Below, piece by piece: positions 13,490-26,000 of a stretch of DNA of 64,000 nucleotides. Each line of letters begins with the position of its first letter. The first letter of the stretch is position 1. The translations under genes and the position numbers were made by a program. The notes beneath the pieces are model-generated. The model had not been told where the DNA came from and searched no databases. It saw only the letters and a list, made by a program, of their open reading frames with translations. The DNA comes from Klebsormidium nitens (lineage: Eukaryota; Plantae; Klebsormidiophyceae), in assembly GCA_000708835.1 (NCBI GenBank), contig DF237075.1:98956-162955 (forward strand), read 5' to 3'.

Positions 13490-14499
13490 TGTTGCTACTT
13501 TCTTATCTTTAGCGAACCAAGGTTTAGCTTTAGCTGTCCACTTATCTATCTAGAATGCAGTGACAGCTCGCCGGCCGCCTGCCTAGAGGTCCAACAGTAG
13601 GCAGGGAGGGCGTCTGATGCAGCCATGTTGGTCGCTGCATCTGCAATGTACGACAGTGACAACCTCACAGTCACAGTCACAGTGGCAGCCTCAAACGCCC
13701 TTGATGTTCCGTTGGGACGCACGACGCCGCCATTGCACGGAACTTTCAAGATCAGACACCAGCTTCCTTCTCCGCATCGGAAGTGGCTCTGCCAGAGCCC
13801 GACTCTGACTCTGAGGCTGAGGCCTGCATGTGCCATATGCGGCGGTCAACGCACTCACTGTCAGCCGTCAAGTTCAAGTCTTGCGCAATGCGCAGGCCAA
13901 GACTGACAGCGCACGTTCGAAGTTCCGAGGATGCAGGCGCAGAATCCAAGCCGGTGACCCCGGGTTGTAGCCCCGGGCGTAGTATCACCCCAAAATTGCC
14001 CAAATGCTGAAAGGCCTTGCATGGGCCCTCCGTTCGGGGCCCCTACCGCCAGTGGGACGGGCCGCTACCGACTAGGTAGTCGAGGCTTGCGCCTGGGCGG
14101 GGAAGCCAGAAACATCCTGGGGCAAACTACCGGCTGCCGCACCAGCCGACATTGACGGGTTCACTTCCGGCCATTCATTTGATTTGAAGGTCGATGATTG
14201 GGTCCAATCTTGTTCGAGAGTCCCCGGGCGCGACTCGTTTTCCATAACCCAGGGTTTCGCCGCTTTGAAAACTGCCAGACTATATAAGTAACCCTACCGG
14301 TCTAAGTTGGCACGTCAGCAGGCAGGGAGAAAGTTATGTCCGGGAGGAAAGCAGCTCTGAAATCCGAGCCTCGCGGCCAATCATTGCCTCATGGAAACGG
14401 TCGCGGTAACGCTCAAAAAGAGGTCAGCTTTGAGAGTTTGTTGAACGAAAATGATTCCGCTCGAACTCATCAAGGTCCATGAAGGCATTGAAGGGTTAA

Positions 14500-15041
14500 A
14501 CTGGGACGGGTGGGGTTAGCCTGGGGGTTAGGGTGGGTACGGGTGCGGAGCGTGTAAACTTTGGGTTTAGGTTTTTAGTTAGGCGCTTACCCTTCATAGA
14601 ATCGAGAGTTACACGAAAATGTAGCATGGATGAATCGGCGGGCAATAATTGCTAGTAGGTATGTCGTGACCCGTCATGGCCATGATCAGGGAATCAGGAT
14701 CGATATGACTCAAGTAAGAATTCTTAATACCGTACGGTCACCCATGATTTCGGCAAAAAATAAATAATTATTTGGCCGGCTGAAATTTTCAGAAATTATC
14801 TTGGGGCGATAATGGTTCGATAATGGTTATTTTAGCAGGTAACGTCGAGCCTGCTGAAAGGAATAAAAGTTTCATAATCAACTATTTTGCGTCGAAGGTG
14901 CCGAAATCAAATACAGGTACGGTAGGTAAGCCAAGACAATAACAAGCTCCGCCTAACAATAAAACTCCTAACCCAGAAACATGCCTGCTCCGCAACCAGA
15001 CCCGCCCTATCCACCAGACTATTAAACCGTGCCCGACCCAG
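14500..15041. repeat. Degenerate long inverted repeat (old foldback/MITE): arms about 14500-14585 and 14950-15041, enclosing a smaller TA-flanked MITE
   Basis: The reverse complement of the left arm (cgcctaactaaaaacctaaaccca..gctccgcacccgtacccaccctaacccccaggcta) aligns with 14950+ (cgcctaacaataaaactcctaaccca..gctccgcaaccagacccgccctatccaccagacta). Confidence 0.65.
14730..14922. mobile_element. TA-flanked Tc1/mariner(pogo)-like MITE
   Basis: TA|CCGTAC..TGATTTCGGCA at the left and TGCCGAAATCA..GTACGG|TA at the right, AT-rich interior, no ORF. The subterminal sequence resembles that of the element at 59088-59387. Confidence 0.55.
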
Positions 15042-15234
15042 TGCGGTTAGGTACCTTATAAAATGTTACTTATAGTATGTCCATGAATCATGCATCTCGG
15101 CTTATTGGAAGGTGGGTTTTGCAGAGTAAGTTGTAACCATGCGAAGTTAATGTCCGTACGAAAAGCTTCATGACCCTCCGTACAGTGACACTCATGAGAT
15201 GCATGGGGCGAATTGACGCGATCATGATGTCATG

Positions 15235-15461
15235 CAGGGGTTCTAGCGGGGCGCCATGCAAACGGGGCGCAGAGCGCCCCCGGGCAGATCCTGGCGTCCC
15301 CGGGCGACAGCCCGGGGCGCCAGAGCGCCCCGGCTCGAAGCGCCGACGGCCGAGGCCCTGTCTGGCCTGGGCAGGGGCGGCCGGCCGCGCCCCGGGGTCG
15401 CGGAGGGGCGCCCCGGGGCGGAGCCCGAGCGCCTCCGGGCAAATTCCTGCCAGAACCCCTG
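15235..15461. mobile_element. GC-rich non-autonomous hAT-like element (227 bp)
   Basis: TIRs CAGGGGTTCTAGCGGG and (reverse complement) CAGGGGTTCTGGCAGG, 14/16 identical. Flanking 8-mers atgtcatg (15227-15234) and atgtcagg (15462-15469) give a 7/8 TSD. Repeated CGCCCCGG subterminal motifs. Confidence 0.8.
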
Positions 15462-15550
15462 ATGTCAGGTATCCTGAGCGTGTCGACTTCCACGTGGCAA
15501 TCTTAATGCTTATATAGATTTAAAAGCTGCTGTGCGAGCATCCCGCTGCT

Positions 15551-15654
15551 GGTGAGATGGCCGAGTGGTCTAAGGCGCTGGTTTTAGGACACGCAGCTCA
15601 GCGTGAAACGCACCAGTCCAGAAATGGGCGTGGGTTCAAATCCCACTCTCGCCA
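15551..15654 (+). tRNA. tRNA-Leu(UAG) with a 22-nt intron at 37/38 (15589-15610)
   Basis: GGTGAGA..TCTCGCC-A acceptor stem. D arm TGGCCGAGTGGTCTAAGGCG. Anticodon stem CTGGT/ACCAG with TAG at 15585-15587. Long variable arm, T-loop GGTTCAAATCC. TATA-like sequence about 30-40 nt upstream and TTTT at 15693-15696. Confidence 0.95.
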
Positions 15655-16902
15655 GATGCAGAACTTCCCGTTCCGTGCACTGCCCAACCTCCTTTTAGCT
15701 ACCGTATCACCGCCCTTTCTTTTACACTTAAAATCGGGGGGGCTGCCGCCCCCCCGAGCCCCCCCGCTCCCTCCTCCTCTGGAGGTCTTAGCGTCGTTGC
15801 ACGAAAGTGGACCATAATTGTCGCTGAGTAGCTATAGAGTCGAGGTGGCAGTCGCGCCATCAGGGCCCCATCAGGGTTTTTCATGTGAGTCCCGGGACGG
15901 TTTTTCATGTGAGGCCTCATGGTGGATTAGTTATTTACTTGAGATCAACCTGGTATACTTCTTGGACATTGGTAAGTTAACGGATACTTTTCATTGCGAT
16001 GCCCATGAGGCGATGCCCTTGCAGTGACAAGGCATGGGGCCAATACGGCCGGCAAGACCGGCTCCCAAGAAACAATGTAATGAGGGATATGGCGCGCAAA
16101 GATTGCCATCATGTCCCAAATGACAGGAAGCGCGTGTATGCATCCAAGTCCTATCGTTAGCATGCCTAGTAGCATTTGCTTGTAACGTCCGCCTTCATAC
16201 GGTTATTGCCCCGTTATTGCCAATGCCTAAACAATGTGAAGTGCTCGTGAACTTTGTGCCAGTCTTTTATGTTCAATGACTAGCTCAGCTCTAATTCCGT
16301 ATCGGCCACTGCTTTACAAATTGTATTGTGGACCCCTGCAACATGTATCATGTGGACCCCTACTAAGGTAGCTGCCATCATTGCCAATATGTATATTCGA
16401 AACCAAGCAGAGTCCATATATAACTCCAAACACATTCAATGATTGCCAGGATCAAAAGCCTTGGTTGGGCTTTGCAAATCGAGCATGTGCGAAAGAGCTC
16501 AAGACAACGCGATTGCTCACATGATTACTGGCGGGTGGGTGTGAGAAGGAAACCGAAATCGATGCTATACTTGCATTCGAATATATGACGGGTGCGGCAC
16601 ACAATTTCGTATCAAATCACGTGCCTAGCTATCCAGAACAACATGCAACAGCTTGTGGATTACGGTGCCAAGGCTTAAAGCTTGCATGACATGATTACCA
16701 TGGTGATTTTCTGATAACGGAAACGAAACTTGATATTACCGGCATGCTATCTCCGTTTACTAGTGCAGAGCACGGACAGGCAATTGAAAACTTGTCGTTT
16801 ACCTGGATAATGTCGTGGAACTTTGGTAGGAGGCCTCAAGCTCATTATAGAATATTTTTGACTGGGGCGGTTTCCATCCTACTTGTCGACGTGTCTTCTT
16901 TA

Positions 16903-19747
16903 TCAAAGTAGTTGCGCCTCAATAATGCTAGCCATAGGAACAACATTACAGAGCTTTGTCAAGCGGAGACCGGATCTTTTTAGCAACTCCTCAAAGCTCG
17001 TCCTTGTCCGCTCTCGTCCATTTACCATTGCTAGCATACTAAGATCCGAGACTAACTTGGGGATTAACAGCCCATCTGGACAAGAATCTTCTATGACAAA
17101 GTCGACAATGATCAGTCTTGACTTATTATGCATGATCGTGCATGCATTTCTTAGGATCTCCACACACTCTTCATCGCCCCAATCATGTAAAATGCGCTTC
17201 AAAATTACTGCGTCTGCTGTAGCCACCCGCTCAAAGCTCTTGGAATCGAATAGATCGCCTGGGACGAATCTGACAGACTTGTTTCCAGACTTCGAGTTCT
17301 TCAAAGCGGCGTCAATCACACTCTGCCGCTCAAAGATGACAGTCTCTAGATGGGGATGCCGGTCGACTAGGTGCCTAACAATGGTCCCATTGCCTCCACC
17401 GATGTCGACCACCGTCCTGCAGTGGATAAAAGCATTTCTTATGCTCATTAGAACGAGAAACTCCGGAGAGAAAAGATTGACGGCTGATTCCGTCCTCCGA
17501 AGACTCGCACTTGCAACGACCTCTAGGGAATCAAAGTGCGGCCGACAGATTGTCGAAGCCGCTTCTGTCGACCTAGAGTGTCAATAAAAGAGAAGTCCCG
17601 GAATTGAGCAAATCTTAAATCCTTCATTGCGCGAAAGTTACAGCGGATTGATGTGTTGCAAACAGAGCACAATCTGGGAGATAGGTGTGGAGAAATGCTC
17701 GTGCTCGACTCTAGCTTCACTCTACTCCAGATGAAGGAACAGGATTGAATCCATACTTTGTCCATCGTCGAAATGGGCTGTTATTTGAATCGAAACGCGC
17801 TTGAATACCCACCTTATGCGCTTCCAGTTCACCGCCTCGGCCAGCGCGTACTTCTCCCTCACGCTCATGACCTCCATCATTTCGTCGAACCGCGCGCCTT
17901 TCTCGGGGTGCTGCGTGTACCACTGCCACAGGTCCTTGCCCGCCGAGTGCTCGAAGCCCGCCCCCCCTTTCCGGAGAGCGGCGTCCAGGGCGCCCCAGCC
18001 GAGCTGGTGATCTTGGGGGTCGTTCATGGTGAGGACGCACGAACGGAGCGACCAGCCGGTGCGGTCCGGAACCAGGGTGCGCCCAAGCCTGTGGCAATGC
18101 GGGAGGAGTCATGAGAAGTTGGGGCCAGAGAAGTGTGTCAAAATATAGCGGACAAGTATGCGATGATGAGGTTGAGATGAGTCGACTTCCACGAGAAGCG
18201 ACCGGTGTATTTAGAATTGCGAGTAGACTTACGAGAAATTCGTGAAAATAAGGGAAAGAGGGTTGTGTCAGGAAGATCAGGAGGCTGTACACGCAATGTA
18301 CAGCCTGACTCCAAACACACACTACACACTTGGTGAAGCGTGCAAAACACATTGAGACAACAAAGACGAGTCTCAGATCAGGCTAGGAAGCCCGCCGCAC
18401 TTGGAGAATACCAGTTCAAATACCGCCAGTCTTACGCCAGGTATCCAGAACTGATCAGACCCTGCGCATTCAGCCTGCCAGCTTGGACTCGAGCCCTCCA
18501 GGCCTCTGGTCGATCCGAAGTATCATAGGTTCTACGGGTCCTTCTCCGGGCTTTGTTTGACACACAACTATGCACCATCTGGTCGATATAATGGGGCCAC
18601 TTTTCAACCATGAGAGGTTGATGAAGATGATGCTCAGACACTTGCAGCACGTCGTCGATTGTCCTTTCTTCCTCACAGCTTGATACGAATCAGGTGTGCC
18701 TTTGAAATTGCAGCGCAATCAAACTTGTCAAGATCTTCAAGCCAGAGCAGGCGCCAGTTTCCTCCCAGTTGACCAACCTGGTTGGAGAGAAGCGCCCCTT
18801 CTTGTCCATCTTGTACACGCCCAGCGAGGCCAAGAACCGCATCATGCGGTACAGGTGGGGCACGTGCACCGGTTCTGGCAGAGCAGCGGCGATCTCCTCC
18901 GCAGTGGCGGCGCCGAGGTCAGCGAGAATGTTTGGCACCCCCGCTTGAGTGACGACGTAGAGCACCCGGGGCGGGACGAAGGCCATGGTCAGAACCAACA
19001 TCTGCAGCAACAGACCGCCCTTGTGTCGATTCATTTTAGAAATCCAATGTTCAACAGTGTAGCGATAGAATGTGAGAATGCGGAGGGAAGCCTTCTCTCG
19101 GCTGCCAGGTTCTGGCCAAGATGAGGGACTTCAGTTCGAAAGTCTTGTCATAGAATGTTGAGGAAGGAGACCCTGTTGACAGTTGACACAGCCCAGCTCG
19201 CCGTACTATGTCTGAACGAATCTGACTAGACCCACTCGAGAATCTGCCAGAGCGCAGTTAACTTGGTCAGAGATGCGAAGGAAGGGGCTAAAATAGAACG
19301 AGAAGCCTCCGTCACGATGAACTTGGATTCCACCTCCACTACATCTTACTGGCATTTTGAATGCACGATAAGATGCTGTCAACATAACATGGCAGAAGCG
19401 CAGCCATACATTAAACTACTTAATTACCGCCAGCAAACTCTAAATGGGCATTCAAACAACATCCAATGGGTGCGAAACGGTCTGCATGCAAAGCCCCCAA
19501 GCAGCACATCTTGTTGACTTTTCTTGTTGCAACTCTTGCAACTTCTGCAACTCACCTGTATGTCCACAGGCACAAGCCATTGCGCCACAGCTTGTCCAAC
19601 GATGAATGCATGTGAGAGGCCCCACATCAGCCATGAGCGTCCAGGCTGGCCAAACAATCTTCCTCCCAACCAAAGCAGCACGTACAAGCTGAAGCATGTG
19701 ACAAACCCATAGGCGAACTGACCCAGGAGCTCCGGCGCCACAAACAT
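16903..19747 (-). CDS. SAM-dependent O-methyltransferase family 2 (COMT/ASMT fold) with a hydrophobic N-terminal extension
   Basis: Frame-consistent exons 19747-19556, 19001-18778, about 18089-17811 and 17416-16903. Dimerisation region (VTQAGVPNILADLG..EEIAA..LYRMMRFLASLGV), SAM motif VVDIGGGNG, VPGDLF, catalytic LKRILHDW, final GRERT. Confidence 0.85.
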
Positions 19748-20211
19748 AGCTTCTTTGACTTTTAGCGCTAGAAAAAGAGCGAGGCGACAAGAAATCCGGT
19801 TGAGGCTACCGTACAATGACTTCCCACTCTTTCCACAGATAAACAGGAAGCCAGACGGAGAGCATGGCCTGGACTCGGAGGGGCTGGGGCAAGAAAGAGA
19901 ACGCTTGCATTGATCGAAGTTTCTGATCTGATTGAAGTGACACCCCGACATTGACACCACGCCAACTTCTTGATGGAAATCTCTCTAGAAGGCGGCTTCA
20001 GTGTCAAACTTATCTTCTCAGAACCCAAGTTTTCTGACATTGACAGACTTTTGAAGACAATGCGCAAACCGAGCAGGACCAAAGTTGAAGTTCAAAGGGA
20101 GGAGTGCGAAGATTCAGAGGGCGCCAGTGGCAGGAGGGGCATATTTGCAGCGTTGCGAGTTTCTTCCCCTGGTGCTTGAAGCTTTTCAAATTTACACGAG
20201 TGTTTGTCGCC

Positions 20212-22198
20212 ATGGCAGCGGCAATTGCAAGCAAAGGTTTGCTGAGCGGGGGTCAGCTGGCGGCAGGAGCGGTTCCTGTTCAACAGAGCAGGCGCTGTTC
20301 GCAGGGGCAGCCGACGCTGCCGGCATTGCAGGCTGGGAATTACTCTGGGTTGAGGGGGCTGAGTCTAGTACCGACCAGGCAAATGAGGGTTGAATCCAGA
20401 CGTGAGTATCATGAGGAATGTTGAGCACAGCAGTACACCTCCATCTTGGTGTACCACTAGCTTTTATGCAATGGAAGATTTCAAAGGGTTTTGCAAGGGT
20501 ATTGACACTCAGCGTCCTTCAGGAGCCTGTTCCTGACAAGCTGCCACAATTGCTGTTCTACTTTTATGCGCGGCCGCATCTGCACAGCACCACCTAATCT
20601 ACTCTCTAATTGTCTGCTTCTGTTAGACGTTGCCTCAGAAGCTAGTCATCATGTGGTCTTTACAATTCACCCCGGCATTGTAGTAAGCGCTGGTACTACG
20701 GTCTGGCGCGTTACATCTGCACGATTAACCCTGAGCTTCATCTACAATGTGTGAACCGATGGTCACAAGAAACGTTTCAGGCAGAATTGCAAAGGGTTCA
20801 TTTCAAAAGTTGGCTCTTGGCAGCGACATCTTGTAAGGGGGCCTCCTCAGCTTGTGACCTCTCTTACCACTCTTGGATTCAATATGCTCAACCAACTTCA
20901 ACCTCAGCGCACCATCTCGCAAGCCTTCTGCTCAGACTCAGTCAACCAATTTTGTAACCCCTCTGCAGGCCGCCTTGCCCCCGGCATCTCCTGCCAGCTT
21001 TCCTCCTCTCCCCATTGGCCCCTCGCCGTTGTGTCCACCCTCGCCACCCCCTTCGACCTCCACGCAGCTCCCCTAAGCCTAGACCTCCCGCCCCTAAACC
21101 CCGTCTATGGCGAAGTCGGCGCCGTCCTCGAGCTCAGCGTACAGCTCATCTACTTGCTGGGGCTGCTAGCGCTCCTGGGAACCGGCAGTTTCCTGGTGGT
21201 ACGTCAGGTCTTGATCCGGCGCGAGCTTGAGAACGCGGCCAAGGATTTGCAGGACCGTGTGCGCATGGGAATCGCGTCGGCGGAGGAGTACTTTGAGCTG
21301 GGGGCGGTCATGCTGCGCAAGCGGCTGTACATCCAGGCCAACAGGTACCTGGAGCAGGCGATCCAGAAGTGGGAGGGGGACCCCGAGGAGCTCGCACAGG
21401 TAAGAGTCTCATCACTCTAGTTGTCATGCTTCTGTTTCTCTGGCGATGCCATGAGGGGTGTCTCTCTGTGTAGTTTGCAAGAGAAGCGGTCTCCAGTGGC
21501 AGAGTCAGAGTGCGTGTCTGCTGGTCAAGTACTGCGCCAGTCTGAAGCAAGAAGGTGGTGATGCGTCGTGCAATGAGGCAAGCTGTCTCAAGGACTGCAG
21601 GAAGCGAGCGGTGCCTCTCCTAAGGCTAAACGGGCAATCTCGTTACACAAGCCGTGCTTCAAAGGGGAGGGAAAGTTTCAATTCAGCTTCATGTGTCGTC
21701 ATGAAGGCTCTGAGTGCAGAGCTTCAAAAAAAAACTTGCTTTCACGTTCTTGTCGTTGTCTTGTTCTCGTCTATCTCCCCTGATGAGAGTACAAGGCATC
21801 AATCGATGTTGCATCCTGATAAAAGAGACGTCTGATGAGCTCGGATATTCTTGAACCCATCATTTCTTGAGGATTGACAGCATGCAACTCATACTTTTGT
21901 GCTGACCTTGGCTTTTCTTTTGCAGGTTTACAATGCGCTTGGGTTCTCTTACACCAAGGAGACACGATATGACGAGGCTGTTGCTCAGTTTGAGAAGGCC
22001 CTTCGATTGCAACCAGGTTACGTGACTGCCCGCAATAACTTGGGAGATGCATACGAGCAGGCGAAGCAGATTGAGAAGGCCCTACAAGCCTACGAGCAAG
22101 CTCTGCGGTATGATCCGAACAACAATCTGGCCAAGGATAAGGTGGAGGCGTTGAGGCGGAGAGTAGACCGGAGGAAAGGGGTGACGTCAGAATCTTGA
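20212..22198 (+). CDS. PYG7: Plastid TPR protein PYG7 (Ycf37 homolog, photosystem I assembly)
   Basis: Transit-peptide-like exon 20212-20401, exon 20969-21399 ([42 protein letters not shown]) and exon about 21928-22198 ([28 protein letters not shown]). Close match to the recalled plant PYG7 sequence. Confidence 0.9.
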
Positions 22199-23067
22199 GC
22201 ACTTCTTTAAAGTCACTATCCATTTTGCCTGACTTGGTTTCATTGCGTGGAGCATGGATTGAGAACTTTTGAAACGCGTCACTCAAGTTCGGACGCTGGC
22301 CCCCTAACATGGTTACCCCATTTTGGAGGTAGCACTCTGCAAACCAAGTCACTCCTTAAGGCTCAATCAAGCATCCGTCTCAGTCTTTTCATTAGTCTGC
22401 CCGGCCCAGGCAACGGAAAAGCTTTTTCAATATGCAAAGAGCATCTTCATCTTGCCATGATCATATCAGCACTGAGTCGCACATACCGTTGCCCAAACTC
22501 AACATCAATAGAATGGAATGCTCGCATTTGTGTTCGATTCGATCGGCGCAGATCAGATGTATACGCATATACGCGACTCTTGAAACCGCTGAGAAGCCAT
22601 GCGTGTTTGCGTGAATGTGCGGCCTGCACCATGCGCCATATATGTGATCGTTGTGCCCGCGGCCAGGGCCGCCCACAGCGCGTGCGCCCCCGGCCGCAAC
22701 TTGGGTATCATGCAGGACCCCTAGCCGGGCTGCCCATCATTATTGGTTCGATGATAACCTCGACGAGGCAGGGTATCATGACTGCAGATGAATCACCCTC
22801 AGTAGATACGGCCAATCAGCACCTAGCATGCACGATTCTCGAGTACTCATGTCAAGCAACAGCTTAGCTCTGCGATCATCCTATTGAAGGCTTTTGGCGG
22901 GCGAGAGCTTCCATGATCTGCATGTTTCAGTACCACTTTGGGAGTGCCAGAGTGACAGGCTCTTGACCAAAGAACATACAAACATACAATCAACCGCAGC
23001 CGTTTGCTGAACCCACAACAGTTTTTCGAGACATAGGCCCAGCCTCTTGGGGTCGGAAGGGGGCGCC

Positions 23068-26000
23068 CTAATCATCCTCATCGCTGTCCGTCATGACGAC
23101 TCTCCGACCCCCCGCTTTCTTGCCCGTGCTTTTCCGCGCGGGCGGTTCTTCAACTTCTTTCGCCCGTTGCTTGGCCCGCTTCTTTTGCTCCTTGGCCTCT
23201 TCTTCCGAGTCCTCGTACTTGTCCTCCTCTTCCGAGAAGATGTCCTCCTCCTCTTCCTCCTCTTCGCTGTCCGTCTCGAGCTCCCTCCCACCTGCACCCA
23301 AGAATGGAAAACCCGTCAGCGAAGGCACAGCTTCCGCACGGGCTTTGCTGCCTCTTTACACAAGGGCTGACTGCGGTTGCAGCTGAGAAACTCGTCACAG
23401 AAACTGAATCTGCACAAGGGTCGATGCATTCTGCTTCTGTTCAGAGCGGCAGACTGTGGCTGCAGCCGGGTTAAAGTCGCCACAGAGACCGAAGTCGCAC
23501 ATGGGTCGATGTCGAATCGCTACACATTGTACCAGCAGCCGTGAAGCTCCCCTTACCGCCTGCCCCGCTAGTCTTCTGACATCATCCCCTTGCACGAATA
23601 CATCAACAGCCGTCGAGCTTGGATGAGCTTGTTCAAGCGCATCCTAAATACGACGTAAGAGCGACACGTGAACCCAAAGTCCACACAGAACCTTCATAGT
23701 AACCCAGCTTCGTAACGGGCAAACTAAATAGCGGACCGATCGCTGCCTCCTTTCGCGCTGCCAGCCCTCACCTCGGCTTTTCTTCCTCGGCGGCTCCCTT
23801 GCGGCCGGCCGCGACTCCCGCTTCGCCCGGATGATCCGCTGCTCCGCCTCCTCTTCGCGCGCCATCCGCTCCTCAAAGTCTCGCCGCCGCCGGTCCGCCC
23901 GGCCGCCGCCGTCTTCGTCGTCCTGCCAAGGAGGGCAAACTTGCCGTCAGCTTACGGAAACCTGCCGACACTGGAGCACGGAAAACCTTCCAGAAAGATT
24001 TTAAGGAGGCTTCGACAGAAGCTGCCTCGTCCTGGCGGTCGTTTCTTGAATGAAGCTTTCTTTCCTTTCGATGCTCGATCAGTTCGCCACACGTGGTTCT
24101 GGTGGGCCCTGGGAGTTGAGATGGTCGCAGGGGCAAACCAGAGCGTTCGAACATAATCGCTGCATTTCCATGCTCGTATGCTCAGACTCTGAGCTATGTC
24201 GAGCAGGCCTGATGCGGGGGGAGTGACCAATCGTGCTGTCCACTCGTTCGGGCATATTTTCACGACATCCGTCTCGATGCATGGAGCCGTCAAAGAGGCG
24301 TTTGACATCCGAAGCATCCAACCGCACCCTGGACTTCGAGAATCACATACGCCTTGTTGATACTGCTGGTTCAGCTCCAACTCGAAACAAAGTCGTCCAC
24401 AATCAAATCCCAGGCTTGACGCCTTCCTTTGTCCAAGACACAACCAATCGTGGGCACGTGTAACCGTCTCACCGACTCCTCCAGCTCCTCCAAATAGTCC
24501 GGGTTCAGCGCCCTCGGCGCATCCCTGTCCCTGCTGTACGTATCGTACTCTCCAGCGAACTTGCGCATGTGCCGGTCCTGCCGCCGCGCCAGGTTCTCTG
24601 AGGCCTCCACCCGGTCTTGCTCCGCCTGCGACGCAGAAGGGTTCCTTCAGAATTTGTCTGCGTGCTGCGGTCCGTCAGTAACCGGAACAAAGAAGACCCA
24701 CCGCCGAGATAAAGTCGTCTGCCCTTCTCATCGCTTGCTAGAAAAACTCGGGAGGAGTCGCTCGGTTGTGCGGTCCTACAGATACTTAGTGTTGACTGGT
24801 CCAACGCCGAGGAGACTTCTCGCGTTTTCGTAAAAGAGTGGTCACAGACCATTCGACGGGTCAGGCGCCGCTGAATCGGAGGCGCTCCGTTTGCTGAACC
24901 TGTTGCAGAAACTCGGCTCCGCTTCGCTCGGCTTCACACTTGCCAACGACAATAAGCGGAACGCTCGCGAAAGACTGAAAGCTGCACCCCGTCGTAACGA
25001 CAAGGACTTTACTGCAACCTTGCCGAAAAGGACCAGGAAAAAAGTAGCTCTCATGACGCCTTTCAAAAAATAAATAACAAAACTGCTTCAGCGCCAAAGG
25101 TCTCTCAATGTTGCTTTCTGTCTTACCAGTTGCCTGCTACTAATGTCTCACTTTTCTGCTCTTCGGCCAGATCCGCGAACAGCACGCTTGAAATATACAC
25201 AGTAGTCTATCGAGCCCTCTGCATAAAGTACTTGAAGCCTCGTAGCAGAAAGTGACTACATCTCCAAATCACCCATTCGACCTTTCGTCGCAGCTTGAAA
25301 GCATTTGCATGCTCCACAACACCAATTCTAAGTTCCATAGCGGAAAGCGACTGCGTGTTCCCCATCGCCCATCTGAACATTCATAGCGGAAAATGACTGC
25401 ATGCCCCACACGAGTGTCGTCAACGAGATTGACTGCTTGCCCCACATCACCCACTTGGACCACGTGGCGGAGAAATGCGACTACATGCCCCGGTAAATCC
25501 GGCTCACCTTTTCCCGCGCCAGTTTCTCCTTCTCGGGGTCCACGGTGGTGGCGACCGTCTTGACCTTGTACACCTTCTTGTGCTTGCTGTCCACCAGCTG
25601 CGTCAGCTTGCGGTGCGACTTGCTGTCCAGGCTGCTCGGCATCAGCCGCATCTTCCACACCAGCTTGCCCTGACCCTGTAGTAACCCCTGTAACGCAACA
25701 CACACAAATCTTATTAATTCAGCTCCAAGGAATTCACATAAGCAGCCTTTGTTCGAAGCTTAAGGAAAATGGCCATGCCCGTCGCTAGAGAGGCCGGGTT
25801 TCTGCTCAGCGGCCTTCGTTGCAAGAATTTGGGACCCGTGCCTATTCTCAGAGCGGCCAGGAATAGGCTCAATCCGCGCTTCGTCCCGAGGGTTAGAAAA
25901 CCGTGCCCATTGCTTGAGCGACTGAACTCCTGCTTCCTTGCCCCTGCGGCGGGTGGTGTGTGCGAGAAGGAAGCATTTGCCGTGCCATCGAGAAAGTAAT

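Noticed and set aside
13660-13825. (CAGTCA)n and (GACTCT)n microrepeats forming a loose inverted pair upstream of CSLC
   Set aside because: Low-complexity and short, with no evidence of function.
14335-14355. GTCC-GGGA-GGAAAGCAGC resembling SRP RNA helix 8
   Set aside because: The invariant 5' CAGG side reads TATG, there is an extra A, and no extended helix is visible. Treated as chance unless an Rfam scan says otherwise.
16031-16228. Degenerate GGCAT..GGCAATA inverted termini
   Set aside because: The match is gapped and has no TSD, too weak to call a MITE.
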